A stretch of 64,000 nucleotides of DNA from Hypanus sabinus (Eukaryota). The translations under genes and the position numbers were made by a program. Of the stretch, positions 40,121-52,859 are shown piece after piece. The stretch's first letter is position 1, and every line of letters starts with the position of its first letter. Below the pieces are notes generated by a model, which had not been told where the DNA came from, ran no database searches, and saw only the letters and a program-made list of their open reading frames with translations. The stretch spans positions 38,254,001-38,318,000 of the forward strand of contig NC_082726.1 in NCBI RefSeq assembly GCF_030144855.1, written 5' to 3'.

Positions 40121-40201
40121 CAGGGGTTTCCAACCTGGGGTCCACGGACCCCTTGTTTAATGGCATTGGTCCGTGGCATAAATAAAGGTTGGGAACCCCT
40201 G
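40121..40201. mobile_element. hAT/Charlie-like mini-MITE (81 bp)
   Basis: TIRs CAGGGGTTTCCAACC / GGTTGGGAACCCCTG; imperfect 8-bp TSD ccctattc/ccctctgc; related 51-bp copy at 55071-55121. Confidence 0.75.
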
Positions 40202-41049
40202 CCCTCTGCTAAGTTTGCCACCTTGCCTACCCAGTGTCGTCGCTTTTAGGGCCTTTTGCATTTTGATCTGATTTACGGTCTTAAGTCCTCCGTCCTACTG
40301 GTGTTGAGGAAGTACAGAGATGTATCTGAGCAGTTTCTGAAAGGAGTCATGTTTGGCTTTCTGAATGAATTGGCTGTATCATTTATCGGGCTGATTCATC
40401 ATAGCCAAAGGCAATTATTTGAATTTAAAAACAGCTTATTTCTTAAATTCCTATCCAGCAACTAACAGTAACTCATTTAATTTTCGTACAACGTAGGGAG
40501 AAAGATTTGCACCTCAGTAACTGTCTGTGATCTCCCAACATCCATAAGCACCCCTGAGTCATTACAAATTATGGAAGTGCTGCAGCAAGGTGACTGAACT
40601 AACTAAGACGTAACCTGCTGACTTCTGGCATCGAGCTCTTGCTGATATGGCAAACATTTATTGCACATTATTAACCGCTCTTGACAAGCTGGTGATTAGC
40701 TACTGTTTGAACAGTCACAGTGTATTTTGTAAGGGTGTTCTTGCAGAAGGAGTATCAAAATTCGGATGAAATAATGATGAAGGGCCAGTGATGGATCGCC
40801 GTGTCGGGGGAGGAGGGTGTGCGGTTTGGAGGCAAGCTTGCAGCTAATGGTGTGGGCATAGGCACAGAGTCATTTTTCTTCTTGATAGAGGTCCCATGTG
40901 TGGGAGACGCTGTCGGAGCAGCCTGGGTGTGCAATTGCTTGAAGTAGATGCACTTGAAGCAGGCATTTGTGTGCCAGTGGTGGAGGACAAATTCACTGCA
41001 GGGGTTGTGTGTGTCCAGGACATGAAGTGGGCAAGAAAAAAATCATGTG

Positions 41050-41435
41050 GACATGACCCACCCAGCAAACTGCCTTTTCCTTCTGGGAAATGCTGTAGTG
41101 CTATTAAAACAAAACCTTCATACCATCTTAAAAGTTTCTTACCCCAGGGAGATAGTCTGATCAACATTTTTAATTACCCCCCCCCAATCCCCCCTACCTG
41201 TTACCTCAATTACTGCACTGCAGTTTAAACACTTTAAACCACTGTTTATATTGCCAGTTACAGTGTATGTACATGCTGGTATTTGTGTATTTGTGCACAT
41301 TTTGTTCTATATCTGTACTGACATATATATTTTATTTGTATAGTTGCTGAATGTTGTCACTTTCTGTTGCATTTAGAAGCAGCACACCACGGCAATTTCC
41401 GAATATATGTAAATATATACGGCATAAAGTTAATC
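41050..41435 (+). mobile_element. Rex/Babar-like LINE 3' remnant
   Basis: PSGKCCSAIKTK...LKSFLPQ resembles the PSGRRYRSIKTRT..LKNSFFPQA C-terminus; followed by an AT-rich UTR. Confidence 0.6.
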
Positions 41436-41444
41436 CTCTTCCTC

Positions 41445-43905
41445 CGGGACTCGCAACTCACTTTTCCAGGGTTCTGTTGTTTTCGCCATGACAGAGGGGG
41501 AGAGATTAAAGGAAGAGAGATGGTGTTACTAGTGAAGGAAAATGTCTTGGCAGTGTTCAGTCAGGACAGACTGGAGGGTTCACCTAGTGAGGCATTATGG
41601 GTGGAACTGAGTAGTGAGAACGGTAGGATCACATTAATGGAGCCATATTACAGACCGCCCGACAGTCTGAGGGAATTAGAGGAATAAATTTGTAGAGAGA
41701 TCACAGACTGTTGTAAGACATATATGATCCTTTACTAGGTGATTTTAACTTTCCACATATCAACTGTGACTCCCACACTGTAAAAGGACTAGATGGGGTA
41801 GTGTTTGTCAAATGTGTTCAGCAAAGTTTCCTCAATCAGTACATGGAAGTCCCATGAGAGGGTGCGATACTTGCTATGCTATTTTATACCTTTAGTAATA
41901 GGCTGATTCCACCGAGGTGAACCACTGAATGATCCTTTCTCCCTGTGGCTGTATGACTCTACACCTCCTCTTCCTTAAGTATATAGTTTCAATGCACATC
42001 TGTATTTTGCACTGTTACTTTTTAATGCACATTTTGTATTTTTTTCTTCCTCAATGCTTACATTTTGTATTTTAAAGTGTTTCTGACTGAGCAACCTTGC
42101 AACAATAATTTCCTTCGGGATAAGTAAAGTTTTATCTTACTAGGGAATGAGACGGCAGGTGAGAGAGGTTTTCATCTGGTGACTCAACACTTTTCATCTA
42201 GTGATCACAATGCCATTAGTTTCAGAGTAAATATGCAAAAAGCTGCGTCTGGTCTGCAGGTTGAGATTCTAAATTGGAGAAAGGCCAATTTTGATCTGGC
42301 AAGTGTGGATTGTGTTCGTTGTAAGTGGGAGGCCTTCCAAAGTGGAAATTTTGAGAGTACAAAGCGTATATGTGTCTGTAAGAATAAAAGGTAAAGATAA
42401 CAGGTGTAGAGAACTTTGGTTTTCAAGGGATACAGAGTCCCTGGTTAAGAATAAAAGGGAGGTGCATTGCAGGCATAGGCAGCTAGGTGCTTATGGAGCA
42501 TAAGAAAGGCAAGAGAACACTGAAGAAAGTGATCAGGAGAGCTAAAAAAAAAGGCATGAGGTTGCCTTAGCTGAAAAGGTGCAGAAGTATCTTGAGGGAT
42601 TCTAGAGATATGCTGGCAATAAAAGGATTGTAAGGGACAAAAATGGTGCTCTGGAGCCAAAAGAGATGGGGGAGATCTTAAATGCATTTACTTGGGAGAC
42701 TGACACAGTCTGTAGAAGTGAGGCAAAATGGCATCTACTTCATGTACTCTATACAGATTATAGAGGAGGGGATGTTTGCTGTCTTGGGTGGATAAATCCT
42801 CGGCCTGACAAGGTGTCCCCTCGGACCCTGTGGAAAGCAAGTGTAGAAATCGCCAGGGCTCTAGCATCCTTAGTGACAGGTGAGGTGCTGGAGGATTGAA
42901 GGATAGCCAATGCTGTTCCTCTTTTTAAGAAAGGCTTGGAAAAAATAAAGCAAGAAATTATAGGCCAAAGATTTGGATGATAATGTGATTAAATGAACTA
43001 GCAAATTTGTGGATGACACCAAGATTGGGGGCCTAGTGGGCTGTGAGGAAGGCTATCATGGCTTGGAGAGGGATCTGGACCAGCTGAAAAAATGGGCTAA
43101 AAAATGGCAGATGGAATTTAATGTAGACAAGCAAGAGATGTTGCACGTCAGGAAGATCAACCAGGGTAGGTCTTACACAGTAAGTGGTAGGGCAACAAGG
43201 AGTATAGTAGAACAAATGGAGCTGGGAATATCAGGCCATAATTCAACAAAAGTGGCTCACAGGTTAATAGGGTCATGAAGAAAGCTTTTGGCACATTGGC
43301 CTACATAAATCAAATACAGAATACTGAATACAGAAGTTGGTATGTTATGCTGAAGTTATATAAGACTTTGGTGAGGCCTGATGTGGAGTATTCTGTGCAG
43401 TTTTGGTCACCTACCTACAGGAAAGATGTAAATAAGGTTGAAAAAATGCAAAGAAATTTTTCAAGGATGTTGCGGGGTCTGGAGGACCAGAGTTACATGG
43501 AAAACCTGAATAGGTTATTGCTTGGAACATAGAAGATTGAGAGGAGACTTGATAGAGGTATACAAAATTGAAGGGTATAGATAGGGTAAATGCAAGAAGG
43601 CTTTTTCCACTGAGTTTGGGTGGGTCTGCAACTGGAGATCAGGGTTAAAGGTGAAATGTGAAAAGTTTAAGGAGAACATGAAGAGAAAGGTCTTTGCTCA
43701 GAGGGTCGTGAGTGTGGAGTGAACTGCCAGTGCAAATGGTGCATGCTGGCTCGATTTCAACGTTAAAGGGAAGTTTGGATAGATAGATGGATGGTAGGGG
43801 TATGGAGAGCTATGGTCCTGGTGCAGGTTGATGGGAGTGGGCTCTTTTGATGGCTGCATAGATGGGCCGAAGGGCCAGTCTCTGTGCTATATTTTTCTAT
43901 GACTC
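41445..43905 (+). mobile_element. Degenerate sense-oriented CR1 ORF2 with a nested Rex-like 3' end (about 41884-42139)
   Basis: YYRPP, SDHNAISF, DDTKIGG, KWQMEFN and LYKTLVRP remnants; CR1 tail near 43900; the insert ends in ttccttcgggataagtaaagt. Confidence 0.85.
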
Positions 43906-44610
43906 CTCTTGCGGTAGCTGAGCAGCTGCCACAATGGGACAGGCTCACGTGAATTAGATGCCAAGTTTCTTGGGAGTTCTTTATTCTTCAGACTTCTGCT
44001 TTGTAGACACTTTGAGGTGTCAGGAGTTGAATAATTCGCTGCAGGATATCCACTTTTGGACCTGCTGTTGTAGCTACAATATTTATGGTGCTGGTCCTTA
44101 TGAGTTTCTGGTCAGTGAGTCTTGGGGATGGAAATGCCATTGTATATCAAGGGCAAGTGGTAGATATCTTTTAATGGGGGAGGATCATTGTTCAGTAGTC
44201 CTGAGGTGTAGATCTTGCCAAAAGGGAGTGAAATGAAGGGTAATGGTCAGGACACATGGAATCACTAACATGTCAGTCCAGGTCTTGACTCAAATTCTGG
44301 AGTAGGACAAAGCCACAAGTCCAAGATGAAGGGTGCCGACCCATAACGTTGACTGTCCACTTCCCTCCATGGATGCTGCCAGTTCATACAGCATATTGTG
44401 TTTTGCTCAGCAAAGTAGCCAACATTGGACTGGGGGTGAGGGGCTGCAGGGAATGGTGGTTAGGGGAAAGCGTTAAGGTTATTTGAAAATGTAACTCTTG
44501 GGTACATGCTAAACGGGTCCCACGCTACCAGGCTCAAGAACAGTTATTATCTCTGAACCAGCAGGCACTTTAACTATAGAGTATAATTTCACTCACCCCA
44601 ACAATGAACT

Positions 44611-45044
44611 GCCATGATGAGACCAAACTCAGGTTGGAGGAACAACACCTCATATACCGTCTGGGTAGTCTCCAGCCCCTTGGTATGAACATCGAATTCT
44701 CCAACTTCCGGTAATTCCCTCCCTCTCCCTTCCCCCATCTCACTTTCACTCTGCCTCCTCTTCCAGCTGCCTATCGCCTCTCTATGATTCTGCCTTCTTC
44801 TACTACCCATAGTGCTTTCCCCTTACATTCCTTCTTTTCCTCTCCTGCCTATCCCCTCCCTGCTTCCCCTCCCCCACCCCTTGATCTTTCCTCTGATTGG
44901 TTTTCCACCCTCCCCCCCACCTTCTTTATGGGGCCCCTGACCCTCCTTCTTTAGTCCTGACGAAGGGTCTCGGCCCGAAACGTTGACTGCTTCTTTCAAC
45001 AGATGCTGCCCGACCTGCTGAGTTCATCCGGCGTGTTTGTACGT
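44611..45044 (+). mobile_element. Penelope-like 3' fragment (GIY-YIG C-terminus plus pLTR) with 7-bp TSD
   Basis: CHDETKLRLEEQHLIYRLGSLQPLGMNIEFSNFR*; ATGAACT duplicated at 44604-10 and 45045-51; splits a Rex-like 3' UTR (about 44520-45265). Confidence 0.85.
44952..44989 (+). ncRNA. Minimal type I hammerhead ribozyme motif (best-preserved copy)
   Basis: tAGTC-CTGACGA-A-GGG(tctcgg)CCC-GAAA-CG-TT-GACTg: stem I, conserved CUGANGA and GAAA, stem II, palindromic ACGU in place of stem III, and a UH site. Confidence 0.7.
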
Positions 45045-45473
45045 ATGAACTAATTCCACAACCTACAGGCTCACTTTCAAGGTCTCTGCAACTCATGTCC
45101 TCCATATTTTTTATTTATTTACAACTTACTGTCTTTTGCACATTAGTTTTTGTCCGCCCTTGCTACGTGCAGTTTTTCACTGATTCCATTGCATTTCTTT
45201 GTATTTGTGGTGAATGCCCACAAGAAAACAAATGTCAGGGTAGTTTATGGTGACATATATGTACTTTACGCTCCGAAGCATTACATCCTTGATTACTTTG
45301 CTAAGGCACACCTACACCTGTGGAACGGGTTCCCTCAGACAGAACTGGTTTTTGAATCAACAGAGTACTCTATCAAGAAATTATTAGCATACTTTCAGAG
45401 TAGATAAAGCAGTGCTGAAGCACTGATATCACTGTTGTTCTTTTAAGCATCTACCTTCATTGCATGGAACAGA

Positions 45474-46360
45474 CAACACATGCAAAGTGCTGGAGTGACT
45501 CAGCAGGTCAGGCAGCGTCTATGGAAATAAATAAACAGTTGGTATGTCTGGTTGAGATCCTTCATCAGGGGTGGAAAGAACCAGATTAAAAAGGTGGGGT
45601 GAGGGGAAGGAGGCTAGCAAGAAGGTGATGGGTGAAGCCAGGTAGGTGGGAAGGGTAAAGGGTTGGAGAAGAAATCTAATAGCAGAGTAGAGTGGATCAT
45701 GGGAGAAAGCAAATAAGGAGGGGCACCAGAGGGAAGTGATAGGCAGGCGAGGAGAAGACGTAAGAGGCTGGAGTGGGAAATAGAAGAAGAGGCGAAGGGG
45801 GTGGGAAAAAGTATTTACTGTAAGGAGAAATCAATGTTCATGTCATCAGATTGGAGGCTACTCAGAGGGAATATGAGGTGTTGCTCCTCCACCCTGAGAG
45901 TGGCCTCATAGTGGCAGAAGAGGAGGCTGTGGACCGACATGTCGGAATGGGAATGAGGATAGGAATTGAAATGGTTGGCCATCATGAAATTCCACCTTTG
46001 GGCACGGAGCTGCTCGACAAAGTGGCCTCCCCAGTTTATGTTGGGTCTCACCGTTGTAGAGGAGGCCGCATTGGGAGCACCCGATACAGTAGTCAGCCTT
46101 CTGGTGCTCCCACCCACCTGGCCTCACCTATCACCTTCTAGCTTGTCCTCCTTCCCTCCTCACCCACCTTTTTATTCTGGCATCTTTCCCTTCCTTTCCA
46201 GTCCTGTTGATTTGTCTCAGCCTGAAACATCAACTGTTTATTCATTTTCACAGCCTGACCTGCTGAATTCCTCCAGCATTTTGTGTGCGCTGTTTTGGAT
46301 TTTCAGCATTGGTATTTACAGTGTTTTCTGTTTTTATTTTAGATTTCCAGCATCTGCAGT
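45474..46360 (-). mobile_element. Penelope-like element with GIY-YIG remnant and an inverted pLTR copy
   Basis: Minus YCIGCSQCGLLYNGET..KLG and ANHFNSYPHSHSDMSVHSLLFCHYEATLRVEEQHLIF; minus pLTR at 45474-45810; plus pLTR at about 46105-46360. Confidence 0.85.
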
Positions 46361-46504
46361 TATTTTTTTCCACAGTGATGTCATTCCTTTGTATTGAAAT
46401 CACATCTAGGTCTGCAGAGTGACCCTCTACAGAAACAGCCCAGACAAATTTGGCAAATTTTATAGAGTGAACTGCAAATGATTGCTCTCACACTTCACTG
46501 ATGA

Positions 46505-47620
46505 ACAGGGGCGGCACAAAGTGCTTTACTGTACAGGCAAACCCAGTTCAATTCCCTCCGATGCCTGTAAAGCGTTTGTATGTTGTCCCTCTGATATGTA
46601 TATTTCCTCTGGTTGCTGTGGTTTCTCCCCACAATCCAAAGATCTAGGTTCCCCTCAGGTCCCTTTTAAATCTTACCCTCTCACTTTAAATCTACTATCC
46701 CTACTCCAATTTTAGACTCCTCTATCCTGGGAAAAAGACCGTGACCACCCACCTTATCTACATCCCCCCCATGACTCTAAAGATTCAAAGTTTTATATAC
46801 CTCTATAAGATCACCACACCGTTTCCTGAGTTCCAGAGAAAAATAGTCCCCGCCTCTACTTATAACCCAAGCCCTCCAGTCCCAATAACATCTTTATGAA
46901 TCTTTTCTGCCCCCTTGCCAGCTTAATGACGTTTTTCTTTAGTTGGGTGACCAGAACTACATAAAATACTCCAAGTATGATCTGACCAACAGCTTGTACA
47001 GTTGCAACCTGACATCGGAGCTCTTCGACCCAGTGGCCTGGGCAATGCCAAGTGCCGCCTTTGCTAACCTCTCTACTTGTGTCACCACTTTCAGGGAACA
47101 AAGTGCAGTAGCCCTTGGTATCTCTGATTTACAGTACTCTTCAGGACCCTAGCATGTACTTTGTACATCCTACCCTGGTTTAATTTAGCAAAATATAACA
47201 CCTCACACTTGACCACATTAAATTCCAGCTGCCGTTCCTTGCCCACTTCCCCAGTTACCAGTTGTAATCTTAGATAACTTCCTTCACTGTCTACTACATC
47301 CTGAATTTTGCTGTTGTCTGCTAACTTACTAAGTATACTGACAACATTGTCATCCAAATTCATGCGGATTTATTTAGCAATATAACACGGAGTAGGCCCT
47401 TCCGGTCCTTCAAGCCCTGCCCCGATTAACTCTAACTCAATTGCAGGGCAATTTACAATGATCAATTATATACCAGGTACGTCTTTGGACTGTGGGAGGA
47501 AACCAGAGCACCCGGGGAAAACCCGTATACAGACTCCCCAAAGAACAGTGCCGGAATTGAACTTCAAATTTTGGGATGCTCCGAGTTGTACTAGCATCAT
47601 GCTAACCCGCTACTCTACTG
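46505..47620. mobile_element. Cluster: SINE head (+, 46505-46640), CR1 3' fragment (-, 46640-47362), SINE (-, 47365-47620)
   Basis: SINE cores as elsewhere in the window; CR1 remnants SKLADNSKI...LEFNVVKCEVLYF. Confidence 0.7.
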
Positions 47621-48164
47621 TTATACGTTGTTTGCCTTATGATGGTCTTTATTTTATTGCTTTGGCTGGACAAGCTGACTAAACCCAACAGTGGTGAAGG
47701 GCTTTGCACGGACAAAGCAACTAAGTTCGCAGTTCCTGAACTTATTTACCATTACTCTTTCCCAATGGGTGAGAATTGGCAATTAGCTGAGGGTTAGTAA
47801 CAAGAGTTCAATGACAGGGGAAATGAGTGAATGGGTGGTGATGGTGTCAGCTGAAAAAAGGGCTGGGGTATATGTGAGTGAATCACACAAGATGCCACGT
47901 AGAATTCACAGGAATTGGAATTAAACCTGAAGTTCTCAGAAAGGGTGAGAAGTTGAGAATTATTGCTGGAACTGAAATATAAGATTGGACTAGCTGGTTA
48001 TCTGATGTGATTAGTTTGTGTCCCGTTCTGTGAGCTGGCACCATACTTCATTGGAGTGGTGTATATCCCAGACGGCAGCGAGGAAGTAGAATAATGAACT
48101 GAAAGTGACAAGTAGCTGGAGCACTCACTACACTGGAAGAAGAGCGAGAGAAACATTGCAATGG

Positions 48165-48765
48165 TTTCATTTATTATCAGAGAATGTATACAGTATAAAG
48201 CCTGAAATTCTTCCTCCCTGTAGACATCCTCAAAACAGGAAAACTCCAAAGAATGAATGACAGAAAACTAAGTAAGAACCCTAAAGCCCCTTGCCCCTCT
48301 CCCACGCGCTAACAGCATCAACCCTCCACACTCCTCCATCCCCCCACATTCTAGTGGAACGCATCCCACCATGCAAGCAACAGCAAAGCCCCATAGGAGT
48401 ACACGGTGTACATTCCTTCAAAAACCACTGTTCATCCCAACAGTTTGACATCCTAAAGGCTTTCTTTCGCACTAACAAGGGAGAGAGAGAGAGACGTCAC
48501 TCCTTCCACGGTGAGAGGTCCGCGCAAGGCCATGTCCCATAGGCACCCGTCTTCCAGGCCGCTCCTGAAGATTTTGAAAACGCGCTCGCTCAGCGAGTTC
48601 CAGGAAGGGGAACACACCGCAGTTTGATTGCAGCTGTAGATCATGCACTCCAACAGGACCCCAGCTGCCTTGAAAAGGGAAGAAGAGTAATTAGAAAGAA
48701 GATGAATTTAAACTGCTCCGCTGATGAGCTGGGGGAAGTTGCCCCCTGGTGCCATCTTTAGCTCC
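48165..48765 (-). repeat. LINE-derived repeat related to 1881-2680
   Basis: Shares the first ~200 bp pattern with 1881-2100. Confidence 0.55.
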
Positions 48766-50877
48766 GTCCCCTGGAAGGAGGGAAGGGAAGCAGTAAAAAG
48801 ACACTGTCTGACACCACAAGACAACTGCTGGAGGTGCTAGTGTTGCGTCTCCAGCAGTTGTTTACTGGTGTCATACAGATGGAAAATCTTGGTGGCAGGA
48901 TAAGGGAAGGGTAGGGAACAATGTGACTGGCATTTCATTGGAGGAACAGGTCTAAAGAGATTAAGTGACCAGGCCCATGTGGATCAGGAATGCTGAAGAC
49001 TGGAGAAAGGGTCTAGTCCTTGGTGAGAACTTCTCACCAACTAAATAGGAGCCGAGACAAAGGTGGCTAATGAGGAATGCAGCCCAGGAATTGATTCAGA
49101 TACAGACATAAGGGATGAAGATAAAGTTCCACAGAGGGCTGATTGTCCAGGATCAAGGAGGGAATAATCAAAAAGAAATAGGCAAGGAGTAAATCTCACG
49201 CGAGAATTGGGGTCAGTAGAAAGGTCTGATAAAAGTGCTTGCATTCAATGGTTATTTGAAGCTTACAAACTTTGGAGCCTGAAGAGAATGGAAAATGTCT
49301 TTTGTTAGGGCATTGAATGGAGTGAAGGATGAGATAGTGAGTCAGAGCTGATGGATATGATCAGGCTATGATGAGAGCAATGATTAGAGAAGTAATGAGT
49401 AATCTAGACATGCCTGTGAATGTGATGGAGGGTAAGTGTGATGTGTGGAAATATAGTTGGAAACTGTATGGAATAAGTCAGAACTGTGACTCTTGCCTAA
49501 AAAAAATGAAGCAAGTTTCTGGGAAACATCAAAAATAAGGGCTGGTTTGATACCCCTAATTTACCTTCTTTAATGACCTGGAGTGCCTAGTCTGACTCTG
49601 ACTACTGGCTTGAAATAGAGTTAGTGTGGCACAGATCTGATTACTGAGGTGTTCTCTCTCCCCTCCTCCCCACCGGATCTTGTGCTGTAAGAGGAGGATC
49701 TGGTTTTCATCTGCTCCTCTCCCTCACCTCCAGAGATGAGTAGCACAGAGTACAGAAAAACACCTGCTCTGAATCACAGCTGCCCTGCTGATCGTTGCTG
49801 GTGAAAGTTGATCAAATGCACTGTGAAAGAAGATTTCCTTATAAAATAGTGTTATTCTATTCCAAACCCCGAAGGAAAACGTCTTAAATTACGCATTCAG
49901 CCTTGACATATGTTCTGTGCATTCCAGAAGTATGAGCATCCTGTCTAGACTGACGCATCAGTTTCGGGCTCAGGGCTTGCTGTACACTCACTCTGAGCAA
50001 TTGCTCAGACCCCCAAATAAACTGCCCGCAAGTGACCACTGTACTGGCTTACTCAAAGAGTGAAGGTGTTTCTTCTATGGCCTGGCCACCATTTCTCCCT
50101 CATCCATCATCACTGACTTTGTTGGACCTCACTTGGAGATATATTGGCTGCCAAGTGTCCTGGTGGTATCTCCCATGAGGAATACTCAGTTCTTTATAAA
50201 GGACTCTGTGGCCAGGAAATGACACATGAAGATAACTGCCAATCTGCATCTTTTCATGCAGTGCAAAATATCTTAGGCTGTTAGATTTTCCCAGAGCTGA
50301 GATGAATAATTTTATTGTTACATTCATTGAGGGTGTACATGCACATTTCTGAGCACAGCTGTTGCTCTTGGGGAAAATATGTTTGGTTCCCTCACTCTCT
50401 GGTAAGTGCACCGCCCTGTCATAAGCTCAAGCATGTAGTTTGAACTCTGACCTGTGTTGAATTGATACAAGAGCTTTTGTGGAGGCTCTTGGAACTCGGG
50501 GTGAAGTTGCCCTTTGCTGGTTACTGGAATGTGGATGCGTGTGGGCACACAGTAAATGGAGACTAGAGACATGAAGGCAGGAAGGGTCCACTTTCAACCC
50601 ATGCCTTTACTTCAATGTGCTTAATCCCACATTACAGGTTCTCCTTTCTCAATTTCCTCCCTCACCTTATTGCCCTGTTCTTTGTATCTTCCTTTTATTC
50701 CTAACATCTGGACATTTCCCACTTTCCAACTCCAATTCCCATTTGTCAATCAATCTGTTTGACTCTAAAACATCCCAAGAAGGGATGGCCGGAGGTGGAC
50801 CATATTAGATTACGTTAATTTTTTGACTTGTTATGCTAAATGGGAATACTGTTGACTATAAATTATTCTCTTCCAAG

Positions 50878-50985
50878 GTATTGGAATCAATGGAGGAAAT
50901 AACAAGGATTGTGAAGGCGAAGGGAAGCGTATCTGTATCATTAAAACAGACGGCAAAATAAAGTCACTGGAAGAGGAAATAAACA
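50878..50985 (+). CDS. GFPT1: GFPT1 exon 3 (GIGINGGNNKDCEGEGKRICIIKTDGKIKSLEEEIN)
   Basis: ttccaag acceptor and gtaagt donor; 108 nt, phase 1-1; aligns without gaps to GFPT1 GVGFDGGNDKDWE...KGKVKALDEEV as recalled. Confidence 0.92.
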
Positions 50986-52859
50986 GTAAGTACAAGTTGT
51001 TAGATACCTATTGCAATGTAGGAAGGCTTTTTTAAAAACAGCATTACATTTTTGAGATTACATCATATAAATTTGCTTTTATAAGATTGAATATGGTGGA
51101 ATGATGTAGAGTTTGCAACACCAAATCTGACTGTTCAGTCAGCTATTTTATGCCAGTATTTATGCTCCACCGAAGGTTCTCTCTGTTTCTCCTGGAAGTT
51201 AATTTTATTGCTTTTAATCCATTGCTTCCTAACTATTTTGACATTTTATATTTAAAAGAAAACTGAGATCAAAGCAGTTCTTGGGAATTTTCTGTGAAAG
51301 TGAAAACCTGCTTTCAATTATGGCAGCCCAAGTCCTGCAAACGAAGTGTGGGAACCTTTCAAGCAAAGCCACAAAAACTGCAAGCAAAATTTTTTGTTTC
51401 CTTCTGGCCTTCTGCAGTTTACCACCATCAGCTGATCAGCTGGCTTCCGAGGGTTTTAACTTCACCAGTTAAAGGCCTTCCATCCTCTTCCAGTTGAAAG
51501 TTAGAGACAGGTGTAGAGTACAATTGTGGACGCTGGTGCTTGGAGCTGGCAGCTTTGACATCAATGACCTATCAACGTTGGTATGCAGTGTTTAGGATTT
51601 CACACATCTGTAATAAGACAAGAAATATTACATGTGGACAAGAATAACAGAGCTCTTCAATTTTTCAAAGTAGCACTCTCTTAGCATGGAGGTGGGTGTT
51701 GCCCCTGAGAGTCATTTGGGAAAGTGAGCACAGAACTCCAGGTTAATATGTGCCCTTACTACCCCATATACAGCCCATACATACAGTTAAATATTTGGGA
51801 GATCGGTGGGATGGGTTTGCCAGCTGCTGGGGGGCAGTGGACACCTTTAGCTGTGTGTGGGAACACGTTTCCTGATTTCTGAACTGTCTGGGTTACCAAA
51901 ATAGTAATCACTTGTAGCTTCACTGGGATCCTGTGTGATTATAGTAGGACCAAGCATTTCCATTTTCTTTCCTAATTGCCAGCTCCACTTGCCTGAAAGT
52001 TTTCTATGACTTGTGTACCTCTATGTTCCTTTGAATATCAACATTTCCTAGTCTCACCACTTTAAAGTTAATAACCTCATACACAGCATTCTGGGAGTAG
52101 CTTCTTCCCCTCCAGCACCAGAGTTCTGAACGGTCCATGAACCTGTCAACACAACCTCATTTCCATTGTGCACTTTATTTGTTCATTTTAACTTTTTATG
52201 TCTTGCACTATACTCCTGCCACAAAACAACAAATTTCACAACGAATGTCAGTGGTAATTAATCAGATTCAGATTCACTGCCATGTTCTACTCCACCTGCT
52301 ATGCTATTATACACTTGGTTTGATAGTTAGTTTCCTCTAGAAGCAGCTTCACATTCTCATTACCACTCAGGTTCCCACTTAGTTTCATGTTGGAAGCCAA
52401 TTTGGAAATGTTCCATTTAGGAACCCTTGGACAAATTATTGATACCCAGCTTTGAGATTACCCACTAGTTACTACATACCAACTCATGAAGAACCCATTT
52501 ATTCCTCTTTTCCATCTGTTAACCAGCTTTAAATCATGCTAATGTATAACTGTAAATTCCATGGGCATTATAATTGTCCATCAAAAGTTCTATGTGGGAC
52601 CATTTGAAAATATAAATACCCCACGATTCCCCCTCATCTACTCTGTTAAATATCTTCTTGAGGGTCTGCGTAAGGTCCTGTAGAAATGAAAGTCATTTTA
52701 TATATGCATCTTAGGTGATGTTGACTATTTCTGAAAGGAATTCCAAAGTTAAAGCACTTTGTTTGTATAAATATTTTCATCCGTAAGGCAATGGGTGTAA
52801 TTGGGTTGGCAAGTTTTGTCACACTATTGTATCTTAAATATATTCTCATTTTCTTCTAG

